Positions 61,551 to 64,000 of a DNA stretch of 64,000 nt are shown here, piece by piece (position 1 is the first letter of the stretch; each line of letters opens with the position of its first letter). The notes beneath the pieces are model-generated. The model had not been told where the DNA came from. It made no database searches and worked only from the letters and a program-made list of their open reading frames with translations. Source of the stretch: Eledone cirrhosa (taxonomy: Eukaryota); assembly GCA_964016885.1 (NCBI GenBank), contig OZ024743.1, forward strand, positions 134,912,001-134,976,000. The letters are read 5' to 3'. The position numbers were made by a program, and so were the translations under genes.

Positions 61551-64000
61551 CAAACACCAAGCACCAAGCACCAAACACCAAACACCAAGCACCAAACACC
61601 AAGCACCAAGCACCAAACACCAAACCCCAAGCACCAAGCACCAAACACTAATCACCAAGCACCAAGCACCAAGCACCAAGCAACAAGCACCAAACACCAA
61701 GCACCAAAGACCAAGCACCAAGCCCCAAACACCAAGCACCAAGCACCAAACACCAAGCACCAAGCACCAAACACCAACCACCCAGCACCAAGCACCAAGC
61801 ACCAAACACCAAGCACCAAACACCAAACACCAAACACCAAGCACCAAGCACCAAACACCAAGCACCAATTACCAAGCACCAAACACCAAGCCCCAAGCAC
61901 CAAGCACCAAACACCAAACATGAAGCGCCAAACACCAAGCACCAAGCACCAAGGACCAAACACCAAACACCAAGCACCAAGCACCAAGCACCAAACACCA
62001 AGCACCAAGCACCAAGCACCAAGCACCAAACACCAAGCAGCAAACAGCAAACTCCAAACACCAAACACGAAACATCAAACACCATACAGCAAACACCAAA
62101 CACCAAAAAACAGACACCTAACAGCAAACAGCAAACACCAAACAGCAAACAGCAAACACCAAGCACCAAGCACCAAACACCAAACACCAAGCACCAAGCA
62201 CCAAACACCAAAACCAAGCACCAAACACCAGACACCAAGCACCAAACACCAAACACCAAGCACCAAGCACCAAGCACTAGGCACCAAGCACCAAACACCA
62301 AACACCAAGTACCAAGCACCAAACACCAAGCACCAAGCACCAAAGACCAAACACCAAGCACCAAGCACCAAACACCAAACAGCAAACAGCAAACACCAAA
62401 CAGCAAAAACCATACAGCAAACACCAAACACCAAAAAGCAGACACTAAACAGCAAACACCAAACAGCAAACACCAAAGAACAAACACCAAACACCAAGCA
62501 CCAAACACCAAGAACCAAGCACCAAACACCAAGCACCAAGCACCAAGACCAAGCACCAAGCACCAAACACCAAGCACCAAGCACCAATTATCAAACACCA
62601 AGCATCAAACACCAAACACCAAACACCAAGCACCAAGCACCAAACACCAAGCACGAAGCACCAAGCACCAAGCACCATACACCAAACACCCTGCACCAAG
62701 CACCAAACACCAAGCACCAAGCACCATACACAACACACCAAGCACCAAACACCAAACACCAAGCACCAAGCACCAAACACCAAACACCAAGCACCAAGCA
62801 CCAAACACCAAACACCAAGCACCAAACACCAAACACGAAACATCAAACACCATACAGCAAACACCAAACACCAAAAAGCAGACACCAAACAGCAAACAGC
62901 AAACAGCAAACAGCAAACAGCAAACACCAAGCACCAAGCACCAAACACCAAACACCTAGCACCAAGCACCAAACACCAAACACCAAGCACCAAACACCAA
63001 GCAAAAAACACCAAACACCAAACACCAAGCACCAAGCACCAAACATCAAGCACCAGGCACCAAGCACCAAACACCAAACACCAAGTACCAAGCACCAAAC
63101 ACCAAGCACCAAGCACCAAGCACCAAACACCAAACACCAAACAGCAAACAGCAAACACCAAACAGCAAACACCAAACAGCAAACACCAAACACCAAACAC
63201 CAAACACCAAGCACCAAGCACCAAGCACCAAACACCAAACAACAAGCACCAAACACCAAGCACCAAGCCCCAAGCGACAAACACCAAGCACCAAGCACCA
63301 TGCACCAAACACCAAGCACCAAGCACCAAACACCAAGCACCAAACACCAAAGACCAAGCACCAAGCACCAAACACCAAGCACCAAGCACCAAGCACCAAG
63401 CACCAAACACGAAGCACCAAGCTCCAAGCACCAAACACCAAGCTCCAAACACCAAACACCAAGCACCATGCCCCAAGCACCAAACACCAAACACCAAGCA
63501 CCATGCCCCAAGCACTAAACACCAAACACCAAACACCAAACACCAAGCACCAAGCACCAAACAACAAGTACCAGGCACCAAACACCAAACACCAAGCACC
63601 AAACGCCAAGCACCAAACACCAAACGGCAAACACCAAACACCAAACAGCAAACAGCAAACACCAAACACCAAGCACCAATCACCAAACAACAAGCACCAG
63701 GCACCAAGCACTAAACACCAAACACCAAGCACCAAGCACCAAACACCAAACACCAAGCACCAAGCACCAAACACCAAGCACCAAAGACCAAACACCAAAC
63801 AGCAAACACCAAACACGAAACAGCAAACACCATACAGCAAACACCAAACACCAAACACGAAACAGCAAACAGCAAACACCAAACACCAAGCACCAAACAC
63901 CAAGTACCAAGCACCAAACACCAAGCACCAAGCACCAAACACCAAACCCCAAGCACCAAGCACCAAACACTAATCACCAAGCACCAAGCACCAAACACCA
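61500..64000. repeat. Diverged mosaic segment resembling 27.3-28.2 kb and then 41.0-42.45 kb
   Basis: The 118-aa ORFs at 27328 and 61512 are near-identical. Landmarks CCCTGCACC, CATACACAACAC, CCCCAAGCGACAAA (~41718, 43599, 51346, 63268) and AAACGGCAAA are shared. Confidence 0.75.

Larger units (their letters stand above)
1..64000. repeat. Heptameric satellite array, consensus CACCAA[A/G] (reverse complement [T/C]TTGGTG), ~9,100 head-to-tail monomers, extending past both window edges
   Basis: The 7-bp register is readable on every line. Variants are mostly single substitutions (CAGCAAA, CATCAAA, TACCAAG, CACCAAT, CACTAAA, GACCAAA, CACCTAA), with rare 6- or 8-bp units. No inversion or non-repeat insert was seen. 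Confidence 0.99.

Noticed and set aside
4734-63973. Plus-strand TKHQAPS/TKHQTPN ORFs resembling mucins or the RNA polymerase II CTD heptad
   Set aside because: The heptad comes from 3 x 7 bp and does not match YSPTSPS. Starts and stops are sporadic point variants, with no codon-position bias.
153-63998. Hundreds of minus-strand hydrophobic ORFs (LGAWCLV repeats) resembling membrane proteins
   Set aside because: They overlap in all three frames with the same peptide and have no unique domain. Openness follows from the lack of A in YTTGGTG.
1-64000. CRISPR-like repeat/spacer array
   Set aside because: There are no unique spacers, no 23-50 bp constant repeat and no cas genes.
1-64000. Canonical telomere tract
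   Set aside because: No TTAGGG, TTTAGGG or TTAGG arrays are present, and the many variants and HORs are unlike fresh telomerase product. Only a derived origin is kept as a hypothesis.
1-64000. Bacterial heptamer repeats (cyanobacterial STRR type) or a contingency locus
   Set aside because: Those tracts are short and lie among genes, whereas this is at least 64 kb with no gene.
1-64000. Stable G-quadruplex or i-motif array
   Set aside because: There are only GG doublets with 5-nt loops, so at best weak two-tetrad structures.
1-64000. Pure sequencing artefact or synthetic low-complexity sequence
   Set aside because: Hierarchically shared variants and private SNPs fit real evolution. Exact copy numbers of the near-identical blocks (2797, 1881 bp) still need read validation.

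Overview
The whole 64-kb window is one uninterrupted satellite DNA array of a 7-bp monomer, CACCAAR (CACCAAA or CACCAAG; minus strand YTTGGTG), about 9,100 monomers, all in one orientation. I see no genes, RNA genes, transposons, CRISPR arrays or unique sequence. The ORF track is an artefact: the + consensus has no T and the - consensus has no A, so no frame can contain a stop, and all frames give the same heptad (TKHQ[A/T]P[S/N] on +, [L/F]G[A/V]WCLV on -). The real information is a nested higher-order repeat (HOR) structure, visible from rare variant monomers and from identical ORF translations at fixed offsets. Recent near-identical duplications have periods of 2797/2860, 2047/2075/2048, 3720 (with a nested 1229), 3440, 1881, ~7750 and ~3980 bp. 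Beneath them lies an older sub-kb ordered module of variant monomers with CAGCAAA-rich islands, and a more diverged layer at ~6-11 kb. The array is most plausibly eukaryotic (peri)centromeric or subtelomeric heterochromatin, but the organism and location cannot be determined from this window. Block boundaries are approximate; periods come from ORF-track offsets and spot-checked landmarks.
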